Below, in pieces: positions 18,976 to 29,280 of a stretch of DNA of 64,000 nt. This DNA comes from Candidatus Velesiimonas alkalicola (GTDB lineage Bacteria > Omnitrophota > Gorgyraeia > Velesiimonadales > Velesiimonadaceae), in contig NDHX01000001.1 of assembly GCA_013626165.1 (NCBI GenBank), positions 36,817 through 100,816 on the forward strand, read 5' to 3'. The notes under the pieces were generated by a model that was not told the DNA's origin, did not search any database, and worked only from the letters and a program-made list of their open reading frames with translations. The translations under genes and the position numbers were made by a program. How positions within the stretch are numbered: the stretch's first letter is position 1; each line of letters opens with the position of its first letter.

Positions 18976-21027
18976 TTACACAACCCCAGTTTTTTCATCA
19001 AAGGTTTTACTATGAGCAGGGGTTGTATAAACATCAAATTCCGGAAGACGCAGGATTTCTTTCCCCTGCTTTTTGCAGGATACAGCCCAGTGCAGGTTTT
19101 CATCCATTGTTTGTATGTATTCCAATTTTATTGAAACCTCAAGGATTTTATCAAAATATGCCTCTATTATTCTCTCATCAGAAACATTTATCTTTCCTTT
19201 TTTGTCAAGTATTATGCTAATCTGAGTTTTTGTATCAGGGAATAAAAACATCAGTTCATCGCACTGTTGCACATCTTCAAAATCAACCCTGAAATATAAA
19301 AATACATCATTGAATCCGTACCATACCTTTTTTATAATTTTTTCCGTCCTTTGCATGGCCCCGAAATCAGGGTAAATGTAGCCTGCATCTGCCCATTCAA
19401 AATAATCTGTGTCAAGTCCGTCTAACTTAGGGTGTATTTTACACACTGGAAATTTGCCGGGCAGTGTCTTCGGTCTTTTTATAGGTATATGTAATTGGGG
19501 CGGAACATTCAGTCCTGCTTTTTCATATGCAGAAATAAGATATGCCCTGAACAGTCTATCAAACTCAAGTTTATTAAGTGTCTGATTGTCGTCTCCATAC
19601 CACCAGTTCCAGTCGCTTCCTTCTGCAGTGTATATGTGCTTTAGTATTTCACTATCATTGGTCTTTGAAAAAACATCTTCTCTTGCCTTATATAATAATT
19701 CCCAGGATTTGTTTTTTTCCGAATGTCCTATCCATATTTTAAATGTTCCGTCAACCCATGAGCCCGGAACAATATGAGAAAGGGACCTTGCATTTTCTTC
19801 AAAATTTTGTAGATACATAGAAGGGGTTACAGGTTTTATTTTGCTGTCGGATGATATTGTTTTATAAAGCGTTCTTAAAAAGTCTTCACCATCATTTTTG
19901 TAATATTCCCATGCATTTTCACCGTCAAGAACTATTGTTGCAATACAGGGTTTGGACTGTTTTAGCACATGTGTAAAGTCCAAAACAGCGTCCTTGGCCT
20001 CCCATTTTGAATATACAAACCCTATCCTGTCTGAAAGTATATGGTCTCTGAAAAACATATTGAGATTTGAAAATTTATATATACAGTTTCTCTCTTCACT
20101 TTTTAATCTGTTTCCTGTAGACCTTTCAAGTATGATTTCATCTGTTGCAACCCATTTTATGCCTGATGAACTTATTATATTTAAGGCCTCTTCACTTACA
20201 GAACCTTCTGATGGCCAGAGTCCCTGTGGCTGACTATTGAAGTATTTCTGATGAGAACATAAAGCCTCTCTTATATGCCACTCTGCATCTTCAGGGTGTT
20301 TAAACCTTATGTTTGGGAGTTTTGTATCGGGGTCGCTTATCTTTGCAATATCCGTATCGCAAAGAAGAGGCAGTATAGGATGAAAATAAGGGCTTGTGGA
20401 AATCTCAATTCTTTTTTCTTCCAATGCCTTTTTATAAGAAGGTATAATCCTTTTTATTATATCTATATGTTTTTGAAGAAGAACTGTTTGCTCTTGATAT
20501 GTAAAATCTCTTTGTTTTTGTATAAGACCTGTTAAAAAAGCATCATTTTTTATATGGAGAGGGTCTATCCATACAAGGTTAAACCATACGATAATATCTG
20601 TTATATCTTGCTCTGTAAAACTGTCACTTACACTTTTCAATGAACAGGGATCTGTTCTTGCGCCTCTTTTATAAAAAAGTTGCGCGTATCTTTTATGGGG
20701 AAGTATCATTGTGGGCGGATTACAGAGAAAGAAGTTTGAAATGACAAACAGTTTTTCCTCTTCCGTCATGCCTTGCGCTTTTAATTGTGAGATATGATAA
20801 AACCTATCTGTTTTGCCTTTTGTGTAACCATCTATCTGTTCCAAAAGTGATGGAACAAAATTAAATGTTATGAAAAGACCGGGGAATTCTTCTGTTATAA
20901 GAAGCATATCAAGATAGTCTTTTATACAGTGAAGCCTAACCCAGGGAAGTATAAACTCACCTGTTTTGGGATCCTCATAACAGGGTTGGTGCATATGCCA
21001 GATTATAGAAAGATAGATTTCAGACAT
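18976..21027 (-). CDS. GH57 family glycoside hydrolase (amylopullulanase-like)
   Basis: WHMHQP, HPILPLL, GLWPSEGSVS, LDGENAWE, AEGSDWNWWYG. Confidence 0.92.
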   Translation of the reverse strand: MSEIYLSIIWHMHQPCYEDPKTGEFILPWVRLHCIKDYLDMLLITEEFPGLFITFNFVPSLLEQIDGYTKGKTDRFYHISQLKAQGMTEEEKLFVISNFFLCNPPTMILPHKRYAQLFYKRGARTDPCSLKSVSDSFTEQDITDIIVWFNLVWIDPLHIKNDAFLTGLIQKQRDFTYQEQTVLLQKHIDIIKRIIPSYKKALEEKRIEISTSPYFHPILPLLCDTDIAKISDPDTKLPNIRFKHPEDAEWHIREALCSHQKYFNSQPQGLWPSEGSVSEEALNIISSSGIKWVATDEIILERSTGNRLKSEERNCIYKFSNLNMFFRDHILSDRIGFVYSKWEAKDAVLDFTHVLKQSKPCIATIVLDGENAWEYYKNDGEDFLRTLYKTISSDSKIKPVTPSMYLQNFEENARSLSHIVPGSWVDGTFKIWIGHSEKNKSWELLYKAREDVFSKTNDSEILKHIYTAEGSDWNWWYGDDNQTLNKLEFDRLFRAYLISAYEKAGLNVPPQLHIPIKRPKTLPGKFPVCKIHPKLDGLDTDYFEWADAGYIYPDFGAMQRTEKIIKKVWYGFNDVFLYFRVDFEDVQQCDELMFLFPDTKTQISIILDKKGKINVSDERIIEAYFDKILEVSIKLEYIQTMDENLHWAVSCKKQGKEILRLPEFDVYTTPAHSKTFDEKTGVV

Positions 21028-21070
21028 AATATGTAGGGTCTTCTGAAAAACTCCTATCAGACCCTGATTC

Positions 21071-21177
21071 CACAGATTAAAAAACAGATTACACAGATAA
21101 ACCCCGTTAGAGATCTACTTCTAAACGGGACAAAACAAATTTTTAATCTGTGTAATCTTTTCAAAATCTGTGTAATC
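21071..21177. repeat. CACAGATT/AATCTGTG hairpin element with nested GTTAGA element (21102-21130)
   Basis: CACAGATT..ACAGATTACACAGAT versus AATCTGTGTAATC x2; second copy at 57352-57428. Confidence 0.8.
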
Positions 21178-21189
21178 AATAGTATTTAA

Positions 21190-21266
21190 TGGCGTGCCCG
21201 GGGAGACTTGAACTCCCAACCATTGGGTTCGAAGCCCACTACTCTATCCTGTTGAGCTACGGGCAC
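21190..21266 (-). tRNA. tRNA-Arg (anticodon TCG)
   Basis: Reverse complement GTGCCCG...GTGGG-CT TCG AA-CCCAA...GGGAGTTCAAGTCTCCC-CGGGCAC-G-CCA. Confidence 0.93.
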
Positions 21267-21270
21267 ACAT

Positions 21271-22218
21271 TTAAGAATTTAAAAGAAATATACAGGCATT
21301 GATTATATCTTCAGGGGAAATTGATTCCATACATTGCCTTTTTCCCAAAGGACACTGTGCTTTTTCACAGGGAGAGCAATTGAGCATACTTCTTACAACC
21401 ACTGCCTTACCTCCTCTTGGTCCATATTTTGCCGCATCTGTTGGCCCAAATATACCAAGAACAGGGACATTCAGTGCATTTGCAAGGTGCATAAGGGCGG
21501 TATCATTTGATATAACAAGTCTGGATTTTTTAAGTACAGCTCCTGAGGTTTTTAAGTCTGCCTGTCCACTAAGATCAAAAGCCTTGTTTTTCATTTTTGA
21601 AAGTATATTTTCACAAATATGTTTTTCACTTTTTTCTCCAAGAAGAACTATATCAAAACCCATCTGTGTAAGATTATCTGCAACAGATGAGAAACTATCT
21701 TCCGGATATCTTTTTAAGGAACTTTTTGCTCCCGGGCAGATACAGATAAACCTCTTACTAAAAAGAGAATATTCATTAAGAATCTCCAAGGCTCTTTTTT
21801 CATTCTGTTTTGATATAACAACTCTGAGGTTAGCATTTTTTGTATCAAGTTTTAATTTTTTTAAAACCTCCAGTGACCTATCTACCGAATGAATATTTTT
21901 TTTACCCCCGCCATAATTGACGGCAAACCTTTTTGGAAATACAAGATAGGGAATTAGTGAATTTCTTAAATCAACCACAAGGTCAAACCTTTGCTTAAAA
22001 AGATTAAAAACAAGACAGGCTTTTCGTTTAAGTCCTATTTTTTTATTATAAGGAATTATTTTATATACATAAGGGTCATTTTCAAAGATTTCCCCTGCTC
22101 TTTCACCACATAAAACAAAAATCTTTGCTGAAGGAAATCTTGTATGTAAAATATCTATTATCGGTGTTGTAAGTATTGCATCCCCAATGTTTGTAAGAGT
22201 GATAAAAAGTATTTTCAT
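21271..22218 (-). CDS. GT9 family ADP-heptose:LPS heptosyltransferase
   Basis: MKILFITLTNIGDAILTTP, CPGA..KRYP, SNDTALMHLA, FGPT. Confidence 0.9.
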   Translation of the reverse strand: MKILFITLTNIGDAILTTPIIDILHTRFPSAKIFVLCGERAGEIFENDPYVYKIIPYNKKIGLKRKACLVFNLFKQRFDLVVDLRNSLIPYLVFPKRFAVNYGGGKKNIHSVDRSLEVLKKLKLDTKNANLRVVISKQNEKRALEILNEYSLFSKRFICICPGAKSSLKRYPEDSFSSVADNLTQMGFDIVLLGEKSEKHICENILSKMKNKAFDLSGQADLKTSGAVLKKSRLVISNDTALMHLANALNVPVLGIFGPTDAAKYGPRGGKAVVVRSMLNCSPCEKAQCPLGKRQCMESISPEDIINACIFLLNS

Positions 22219-22398
22219 ATTTATATTATACCACTTTTGCCCCTGTCCACAAGAGCGGAATGTCGTTCCCCGATCTAATCTGAGCAAAGATACCATAAGA
22301 CCTTATCGGTAGGTAGAATTTTGTATCTATCAAAGAAGTTTAACATTTCTTTTAATATGCTATAATAAACGATAGAGTCTAAAAGACGAGGAGGAATA

Positions 22399-24810
22399 AT
22401 GGCAGAAAAAACCTTAAGTCTAACAAAAGAACTTTTACCGGAAAACCTAAGAAAGGTTTGCAATCCGAATATATTTAATTTTAATACAACACAGGAGGTT
22501 CAGCCTTTACATGGAACTATCGGACAGGAAAGAGGTGTTCATTCAATAGAATTTGGGCTTAATGTGCTGTCAAGGGGTTTTAATATATATGTGGCAGGAC
22601 CTCTGGGTACAGGCAAAAGGTCCACAATAAAAGCCATTCTTAAAGAAAAAACAGAATCGCTTCCTGTTCCCGGTGACTGGATATATCTGAATAATTTTGA
22701 AGATCCTGATAAGCCGTTTGCTGTCCAATTATCAGCAGGTATGGGTAAGGTGTTTGTTTCTGATATGGACAACCTGATAGGACACTGCAAGGTGGAAATT
22801 CCAAAGGCGTTTGAAAGCGAAGAGTATGAAAAGCAAAAAACAGCAGTACTTCAGGAATATCAGAAAAAAAGAGAAGAATTTTTAAACCAGTTACAGCAGA
22901 AGGCAAAAGGCATTAATCTTTCTATCCAGATTACACCATCAGGTATTGTAACGGTTCCTATTGTTGACGGCAAACAGTTAAAACAAGAGGAGTTTGAGAA
23001 CTTAAATGAAGAGCAAAAACAGCAGATAAGAACATCGGGTGAATCAATACAACAGGATATAAATATATTTATAAACAGGGTAAGAAAGATTGAACAAGAG
23101 ACAAAGAATAAGATCACAGAGATGGATAAAAAGGTTGCACTTTTTGCGGTTGGACACCTTTTTGAGAGTTTAAAACAAAAATATTGTAATGAAAAAAAGA
23201 TATGTGATTATCTTGAGAAGGTTCAAGATGATATTGTATCACACATAGATGAGTTTAAGCCATCTGATAAGGAACAGCATCAATTTTTGGGACTTGAAAT
23301 GATGAAAGAAGAGGCATTTATATCAAGATATAAGGTAAATGTGTTTGTTGACAACAGTCAGTTAAAGGGTGCTCCTGTGGTGTTTGAACATAATCCTACA
23401 TATTATAATCTTTTTGGAAGGATTGAGTATAAGGCGCATTTAGGTATGATGACAACAGATTTTAGTATGATAAAATCAGGCGCTATACACAGGGCAAACG
23501 GGGGTTTTCTTGTTGTTGAAGCATTGGAACTTCTTTTAAATTATTTCTCCTGGGATGCGTTAAAAAGAACACTAAGAAGCGAGCAATCTGAGATAGAAAA
23601 TATCGGAGAACAGTTTAGAACATTTCCCGCTGCAAGTTTAAAACCCGAACCTATGCCTATAAATATAAAGGTTATATTGGTTGGCAACTACTATATTTAT
23701 CAGTTGCTGTATCATCTTGATGAGGATTTTAGAAAACTTTTTAAGGTAAGGGCTGATTTTGATATAAATATGCCAAGATCAGAGGAAAATGAGAAAAACT
23801 ATGTATCATTTATAAGCGCAAGGTGCAAAGAATCTAAACTTCTGCCATTTACTCCCTCTGCCTGTGCAGGTATTGTAGAATATGGTTCCTGGCTTGCAGA
23901 GTCCCAAGAAAAACTTTCAACAAGGTTTCTTGAACTATCAAACATTATAAACGAATCATCACACTGGGCTGTGACAGAGGGATGTAGTATTGTTGAGGCA
24001 AGGCATGTCAACAGGGCAATTGGTGAAAAAACATACAGAAGCAATATGGTAGAGGAAAAACTTTCTGAACACATAAAGTCCGGAGTTATATTAATAGATG
24101 TAACCGGAAGTATAGTAGGACAGGTAAATGGTATATCACTTATTGATATGGGGGATTATACATTTGGGAGACCATCAAGAATTACTGCAAGAACATATTC
24201 AGGACAGGCAGGGATAGTTAATATTGAAAGAGAAGTAAAACTAAGTGGACCAATACACAACAAAGGGGTGATGATACTTTCATCATACATTGCGGGTAAG
24301 TTTGCACAGGATAAAGTCTTGAATCTTTCTGCATCTATTGCATTTGAACAGATGTATGAAGAGATAGAAGGAGACAGCGCCTCAAGTGCTGAACTTTACG
24401 CACTTATATCAAGTCTTTCCGGCTTTGCAATAAGACAGGATATTGCTGTTACAGGTTCTGTAAATCAAAGAGGACAGATACAACCAGTTGGTGGTATAAA
24501 CAGAAAAATAGAGGGATTTTTTGATACCTGTAAAATGAATGGCTTAACAGAAACACAGGGTGTTATTATGCCAAAACAGAATGTAAGGCACCTTATGTTA
24601 AGAACAGATGTTATAGAAGCAGTAAAACAGGGAAAGTTTCATATATATGCAATTGAAAATATTGAAGAAGGAATTGAATTGCTTACGGGCAAATTTGCTG
24701 GAAAGCCGGGCAAAAACAACCGTTATACCAATGGAACAGTATTCTATTCTGTGGATGAAAGATTAAGAGAGTTTTCAAGACAGGCTGAAAAGAAAAAGTC
24801 CAAGAAATAG
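22399..24810 (+). CDS. Lon-family protease (LonB/LonC-type AAA plus S16 domain)
   Basis: IGQERG, GPLGTGK, GAIHRANGG, EGDSAS catalytic Ser, GGINRKIEGF. Confidence 0.9.
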   Translation: MAEKTLSLTKELLPENLRKVCNPNIFNFNTTQEVQPLHGTIGQERGVHSIEFGLNVLSRGFNIYVAGPLGTGKRSTIKAILKEKTESLPVPGDWIYLNNFEDPDKPFAVQLSAGMGKVFVSDMDNLIGHCKVEIPKAFESEEYEKQKTAVLQEYQKKREEFLNQLQQKAKGINLSIQITPSGIVTVPIVDGKQLKQEEFENLNEEQKQQIRTSGESIQQDINIFINRVRKIEQETKNKITEMDKKVALFAVGHLFESLKQKYCNEKKICDYLEKVQDDIVSHIDEFKPSDKEQHQFLGLEMMKEEAFISRYKVNVFVDNSQLKGAPVVFEHNPTYYNLFGRIEYKAHLGMMTTDFSMIKSGAIHRANGGFLVVEALELLLNYFSWDALKRTLRSEQSEIENIGEQFRTFPAASLKPEPMPINIKVILVGNYYIYQLLYHLDEDFRKLFKVRADFDINMPRSEENEKNYVSFISARCKESKLLPFTPSACAGIVEYGSWLAESQEKLSTRFLELSNIINESSHWAVTEGCSIVEARHVNRAIGEKTYRSNMVEEKLSEHIKSGVILIDVTGSIVGQVNGISLIDMGDYTFGRPSRITARTYSGQAGIVNIEREVKLSGPIHNKGVMILSSYIAGKFAQDKVLNLSASIAFEQMYEEIEGDSASSAELYALISSLSGFAIRQDIAVTGSVNQRGQIQPVGGINRKIEGFFDTCKMNGLTETQGVIMPKQNVRHLMLRTDVIEAVKQGKFHIYAIENIEEGIELLTGKFAGKPGKNNRYTNGTVFYSVDERLREFSRQAEKKKSKK

Positions 24811-24831
24811 ATTTTTTAGTTTTATAAAATA

Positions 24832-24860
24832 TTGCATTATTTAAAAATAAAGATTATAAT
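24832..24860 (+). promoter_or_regulatory. sigma70-like promoter TTGCAT-N17-TATAAT upstream of polA
   Basis: Perfect -10 with 17-nt spacer. Confidence 0.55.
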
Positions 24861-25192
24861 ATGGCACAGGAGTTTGTTACCCAACTGCCAAACCCAAATA
24901 GTCCATAGACATAGATTATGGACTGTAAGTTTAAATTTTTCCCTGTTGTTGTTCAGCCGATTTTAATTTCTATCTATAAATTTTAAATTAAGATGGAATG
25001 GGGTTGTGGTGTTCACGGGCCCCTTAATACTGCATATGAATTAGAACTGAATATTACATATTTTCTCACCCTGACAAAAGCCATTCTTTTAAGAATATAA
25101 CCTTCAACAATGTGATTACAAATTATTCCCCTTTATAGAAAGGGAATTATAGCAAAATATTTAACCTTTGAAACTTAAGGAGAGCATCTTAA

Positions 25193-27718
25193 ATGAAAAT
25201 TGTCTTAATAGATGGCAACAACCTTTGTTATAAAGCATATTATGCGATACATAATCTTTCTACCTCATCGGGAATGCCTACAAATGCAATATATGGAATG
25301 TTCATAACACTGAGGAAACTAATTTCCGAAGGAAAACCCGATGCGATTGCAGTATGTATGGATTCAAAAGGTCCTACCTTAAGACAGGAACAGTTTGTTT
25401 TTTATAAGAAAAGCAGAAAGCCTATCCCGGCTGACCTTTTAAAACAGATGCCTTATATTAAAAAAATGATGGAATTGTTAGGTATAAAAACCATAGAAAT
25501 GAAAGGATATGAGGCGGATGATATAATAGGTTCTTTGACAAAAAAAGCAGTCTGTTATGGATTAGATGTTGAGATTATATCTTCGGATAAGGATCTGCTA
25601 CAACTTGTAGGGGAAAATGTTTTGGTAAGAAAAGAGCAGGAAAAGCCCCCGATGGATGAACAGGCCGTCAGAGAGGTCTATGGTATTTCTCCTTCACTTA
25701 TCCCTGATTATCTTGCACTTGTCGGGGATAGGATAGATGATATACCGGGTGTTCCAGGAATAGGACCAAAGGCTGCAAAAGAACTTATTTTAGGATACGG
25801 AACAATTGAAAATATACTTTCAAATGTAGAAAACATCCCCAACCCGAGGGTAAAGCAGGCACTGAATAATTTTAAGGAGCAGGCAATAATTTCAAAACAA
25901 CTTACCCATCTTATTGATATAGATATAGATTTTAATATCCATGAATTTCTGTTAAAAGAGCAGAAAAAAGGTGAATTGCTTGAATTTTTAAGGCAGATGG
26001 AGTTTAGAACATTTCTTACAGAATATTCCAATAAAAACAACAAAGAGATTTTTTTCCAGAAAGTGAAAACACAAGATATAGCAAAAGATGTTGAAGAAAT
26101 TCTTTCCTGTGCAGGGGTATCTGTTATGTTCAGTGAGAAAATAGGTTGTGCATTTTCAATTCCATCTTCAAAAACTTTTTTCTTTGAAATAACAGATATA
26201 GATTTATGCTTGAAAATATTTAATTCTCACCTTCCCAAGTATGGATATAATTTTAAAGACATAATTAAGTTTTTGATGGATAAGAATGCAAATATCCAAA
26301 ATATTGCAGGAGACTTATTGATAGAAACACACCTTTTAAGAGGAAACAGAGGTGCGCCGGGTGTAAATGAAATTGCTGCTGAATATCTTTTAGAAAACCC
26401 TGTATCCTGTTCCGAGCAATGGGAAAAGATTTGTTATTGTGCAGATGCCATATCAAGGGTTCATAAAAAAATAAGGAAACTGATTAAAGAAGAGGGAATG
26501 GAAAGACTTCTTCTTGATATTGAGATTCCTCTTACGCTTACGCTTGCAAGAGCAGAAAAAGCAGGAGTATGTCTTGATACAGAATTGTTAACTGGATTAG
26601 GAAAAAATATTGAGGATAGAATCAATAAAATAAAAATTCAGATGTGTGAAGAAGCAGGTATTGATTTTAATCCTAATTCACCCAAACAGGTATCTGATGT
26701 GCTGTTTAATAGATTAAAATTGCCGGCAAAAAAGAAGACCAAAACCGGTTATTCAACAGATGCACAGGTGCTATTGGAGCTTTCTGAAAATACTCCATTT
26801 GTCCGAACACTTCTTGAGTACAGGCAGACAAAAATTTATTCTACATACATTGAACAGTTATCTTCTTCAAGAAACACATCAACAGGATGTATCCACACAC
26901 TTTTAAGCCAGACAGATACCGCAACAGGAAGGCTTTCAAGTTCTGAGCCAAACCTTCAAAATATCCCGATTAAGACAGAGGTAGGGCGTCAGATAAGAAG
27001 GTGTTTTATTCCAAAATCGCAGAACAGATGTTTTATTTCTGCCGATTATTCGCAAGTGGAATTAAGGGTGCTGGCACATTTCAGTAAAGATGAAAACCTT
27101 ATCAGCGCATTTAGCCAGGGTTTAGATATACACTGTGCAACTGCCAAACTTATATACGGGACCAATAAGATTAATGATTCTATGAGAAGTTTTGCAAAAA
27201 CTATAAACTTCGGCATTATATATGGAATAAGCCCGTATGGGCTTTCAAAAGAGTTGAAGATATCTGTAGAAGAAGCAGAGGGATTTATCAGTGCATATTT
27301 TGAAAAATACTCAGGTGTTAGGAATTATATAAACAATTTTATCAAGTGTGCATATACCGACGGTTTTGTGAGAACACTTTTTGGAAGAAAAAGATTTATA
27401 CCTGAATTAAAAAATTCTGAACAACAGATAAGGCAGTTAGGAGAAAGAATAGCAATAAACACACCCCTGCAGGGAAGTGCCGCTGAAATTATAAAAATTG
27501 CAATGATAAAATTAGATTCACATTTACAAAAAGAAAGACTTGGTGCATCTATTGTTCTTCAGGTTCATGATGAACTGTTATTAGACGCCCCGCAGGATAT
27601 AGCAAAAGATGTTTGTAGGGCTGTAAAAAATATTATGGAAAATGCTGTTAATATAAGTGTCCCGCTAAGGGCGGATGTGAAGGTTGGGAAAAACTGGTTG
27701 GAGATGCAAACAGTATAA
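25193..27718 (+). CDS. polA: DNA polymerase I
   Basis: 5'-3' exonuclease (LIDG, YEADD, GIGPK), TGRLSS, DYSQVELR, KTINFGIIYG, QVHDE. Confidence 0.97.
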   Translation: MKIVLIDGNNLCYKAYYAIHNLSTSSGMPTNAIYGMFITLRKLISEGKPDAIAVCMDSKGPTLRQEQFVFYKKSRKPIPADLLKQMPYIKKMMELLGIKTIEMKGYEADDIIGSLTKKAVCYGLDVEIISSDKDLLQLVGENVLVRKEQEKPPMDEQAVREVYGISPSLIPDYLALVGDRIDDIPGVPGIGPKAAKELILGYGTIENILSNVENIPNPRVKQALNNFKEQAIISKQLTHLIDIDIDFNIHEFLLKEQKKGELLEFLRQMEFRTFLTEYSNKNNKEIFFQKVKTQDIAKDVEEILSCAGVSVMFSEKIGCAFSIPSSKTFFFEITDIDLCLKIFNSHLPKYGYNFKDIIKFLMDKNANIQNIAGDLLIETHLLRGNRGAPGVNEIAAEYLLENPVSCSEQWEKICYCADAISRVHKKIRKLIKEEGMERLLLDIEIPLTLTLARAEKAGVCLDTELLTGLGKNIEDRINKIKIQMCEEAGIDFNPNSPKQVSDVLFNRLKLPAKKKTKTGYSTDAQVLLELSENTPFVRTLLEYRQTKIYSTYIEQLSSSRNTSTGCIHTLLSQTDTATGRLSSSEPNLQNIPIKTEVGRQIRRCFIPKSQNRCFISADYSQVELRVLAHFSKDENLISAFSQGLDIHCATAKLIYGTNKINDSMRSFAKTINFGIIYGISPYGLSKELKISVEEAEGFISAYFEKYSGVRNYINNFIKCAYTDGFVRTLFGRKRFIPELKNSEQQIRQLGERIAINTPLQGSAAEIIKIAMIKLDSHLQKERLGASIVLQVHDELLLDAPQDIAKDVCRAVKNIMENAVNISVPLRADVKVGKNWLEMQTV

Positions 27719-27738
27719 CTAATAACACAGACGGAAAA

Positions 27739-29232
27739 ATGATAAAGGTTTTATATTGTGCATCAGAGGCAGTTCCTTTTGTCAAAACAGGCGGGCTTGG
27801 GGATGTTGCAGGTTCACTGCCAAGATTTATAAAAGCACAAGGTGTTGACCCTGTTAGAAATAAAAAATTTCTAAACGGGGTTGACCCCGTTAGAAATAAA
27901 AAATTTCTAAACGGGGTTGATATAAGAATGGCAATCCCTTATCACAAAAAATTCATCAGTAAGAATTATTTAACAAAAGAGGTTTCACCTGGTATTTATC
28001 AGGGTTGGGAAAAAAATGTGCCTGTATATTTTATAGACCAGCCCCAATATTTTGACCGTGGCGGTATGTATGGAGATGAGAAGGGTGATTATACTGATAA
28101 TTTGGAAAGATTTGTTGCATTTTGTGAAGAAATTCTTAAAATAGTCAATAACACTGGTTTTATTCCTGATATAATACACTGCAATGATTGGCAGACTGCG
28201 CTGATACCTGTTTTTATTGCCGACCGTTCAAAGTCCGATAAAATCCTTTCTTCAATAAAAACAATCTTGACGATACACAATATGAGTTATCAGGGTATTT
28301 TCCCGTTAAAAGATGCCGACAGGATTAAGGTGAGCAGGGAATTTTTTACATCCCATGCGCTTGAATATGATGGCAGACTCAATCTTTTAAAAGCGGGGAT
28401 ATTATATTCTGATTTTATTACAGCAGTAAGTCCGACCTACGCAAAAGAGATACAAACACAGGAACTAGGGTTTGGATTAGATGGAGTGCTTAAAAAAAGA
28501 AGCAACAAAATTTTTGGGATTCTCAACGGCATTTATAATATTAAATGGGACCCTCAGAAAGATAAAGCAATAAAACAAAATTATAGTAGCGAGGATATTC
28601 TGTTAAGAAAAATCAATAAAGAATTTTTACAAAAAATCTGCGGTCTTGAGGTTTCTGACAGACCATTGGCTGGAATGGTTGCCCGCCTGGTAGAACAAAA
28701 GGGATTGGATATCTTAATACCTGCTATTCCAAAACTTATTGAACAGGGCTGGCAGGTTGTCGTATTAGGCACAGGCATGGAAAATTATCATCACCTTCTT
28801 CGTAATCTTACAGAGCAGTACTGTAAAAATTTTTTTGTTGCATTAAGATTTGATGATATTTTCGCAAGACAGATATATGCAGGAAGCGATGTTTTTATTG
28901 TTCCTTCAAGGTATGAGCCTTGCGGAATAAGTCATATGATTGCAGCAAGGTATGGGGCCGTTCCTGTGGTAAGAAAAACAGGAGGACTTGCCGATACTGT
29001 CCAAGATATTTCACTGCGGGATTTAAGTTCCACACATATGCGGGGTTTGGGTTTTGTTTTTAATGATTATAGTGCAGATGTATTCTCTAACTGCATGCAG
29101 AGGGCAAAAAATGCTTTTCAGGACAAGCCAGCGTGGAATGAGATTATAAAAAAGAATATGCAAGAGGATTTTTCATGGGAGTATTCCGCAAAAGAATACG
29201 TAGGGATATATAATAGATCAGTAAGCCCTTAA
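27739..29232 (+). CDS. glgA: Glycogen synthase with 24-aa in-frame repeat insertion
   Basis: KTGGLGDV, HCNDWQ, PSRYEPCG, TGGLADTV. Confidence 0.94.
   Translation: MIKVLYCASEAVPFVKTGGLGDVAGSLPRFIKAQGVDPVRNKKFLNGVDPVRNKKFLNGVDIRMAIPYHKKFISKNYLTKEVSPGIYQGWEKNVPVYFIDQPQYFDRGGMYGDEKGDYTDNLERFVAFCEEILKIVNNTGFIPDIIHCNDWQTALIPVFIADRSKSDKILSSIKTILTIHNMSYQGIFPLKDADRIKVSREFFTSHALEYDGRLNLLKAGILYSDFITAVSPTYAKEIQTQELGFGLDGVLKKRSNKIFGILNGIYNIKWDPQKDKAIKQNYSSEDILLRKINKEFLQKICGLEVSDRPLAGMVARLVEQKGLDILIPAIPKLIEQGWQVVVLGTGMENYHHLLRNLTEQYCKNFFVALRFDDIFARQIYAGSDVFIVPSRYEPCGISHMIAARYGAVPVVRKTGGLADTVQDISLRDLSSTHMRGLGFVFNDYSADVFSNCMQRAKNAFQDKPAWNEIIKKNMQEDFSWEYSAKEYVGIYNRSVSP
27845..27920. repeat. Tandem 2x36-bp palindromic element inside glgA
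   Basis: TTGA-[CCCYGTTAGAAATAAAAAATTTCTAAACGGGG]-TTGA-[same]-TTGA. Confidence 0.92.
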
Positions 29233-29280
29233 GTAGCAATTCAAGTTGTTCTCCACAAATATGGTATCAAGATTTTATTT

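Noticed and set aside
27841-27921. 36-bp palindromic repeats as a CRISPR array
   Set aside because: Units are directly tandem with no spacers, lie in frame in glgA, and no cas genes are present
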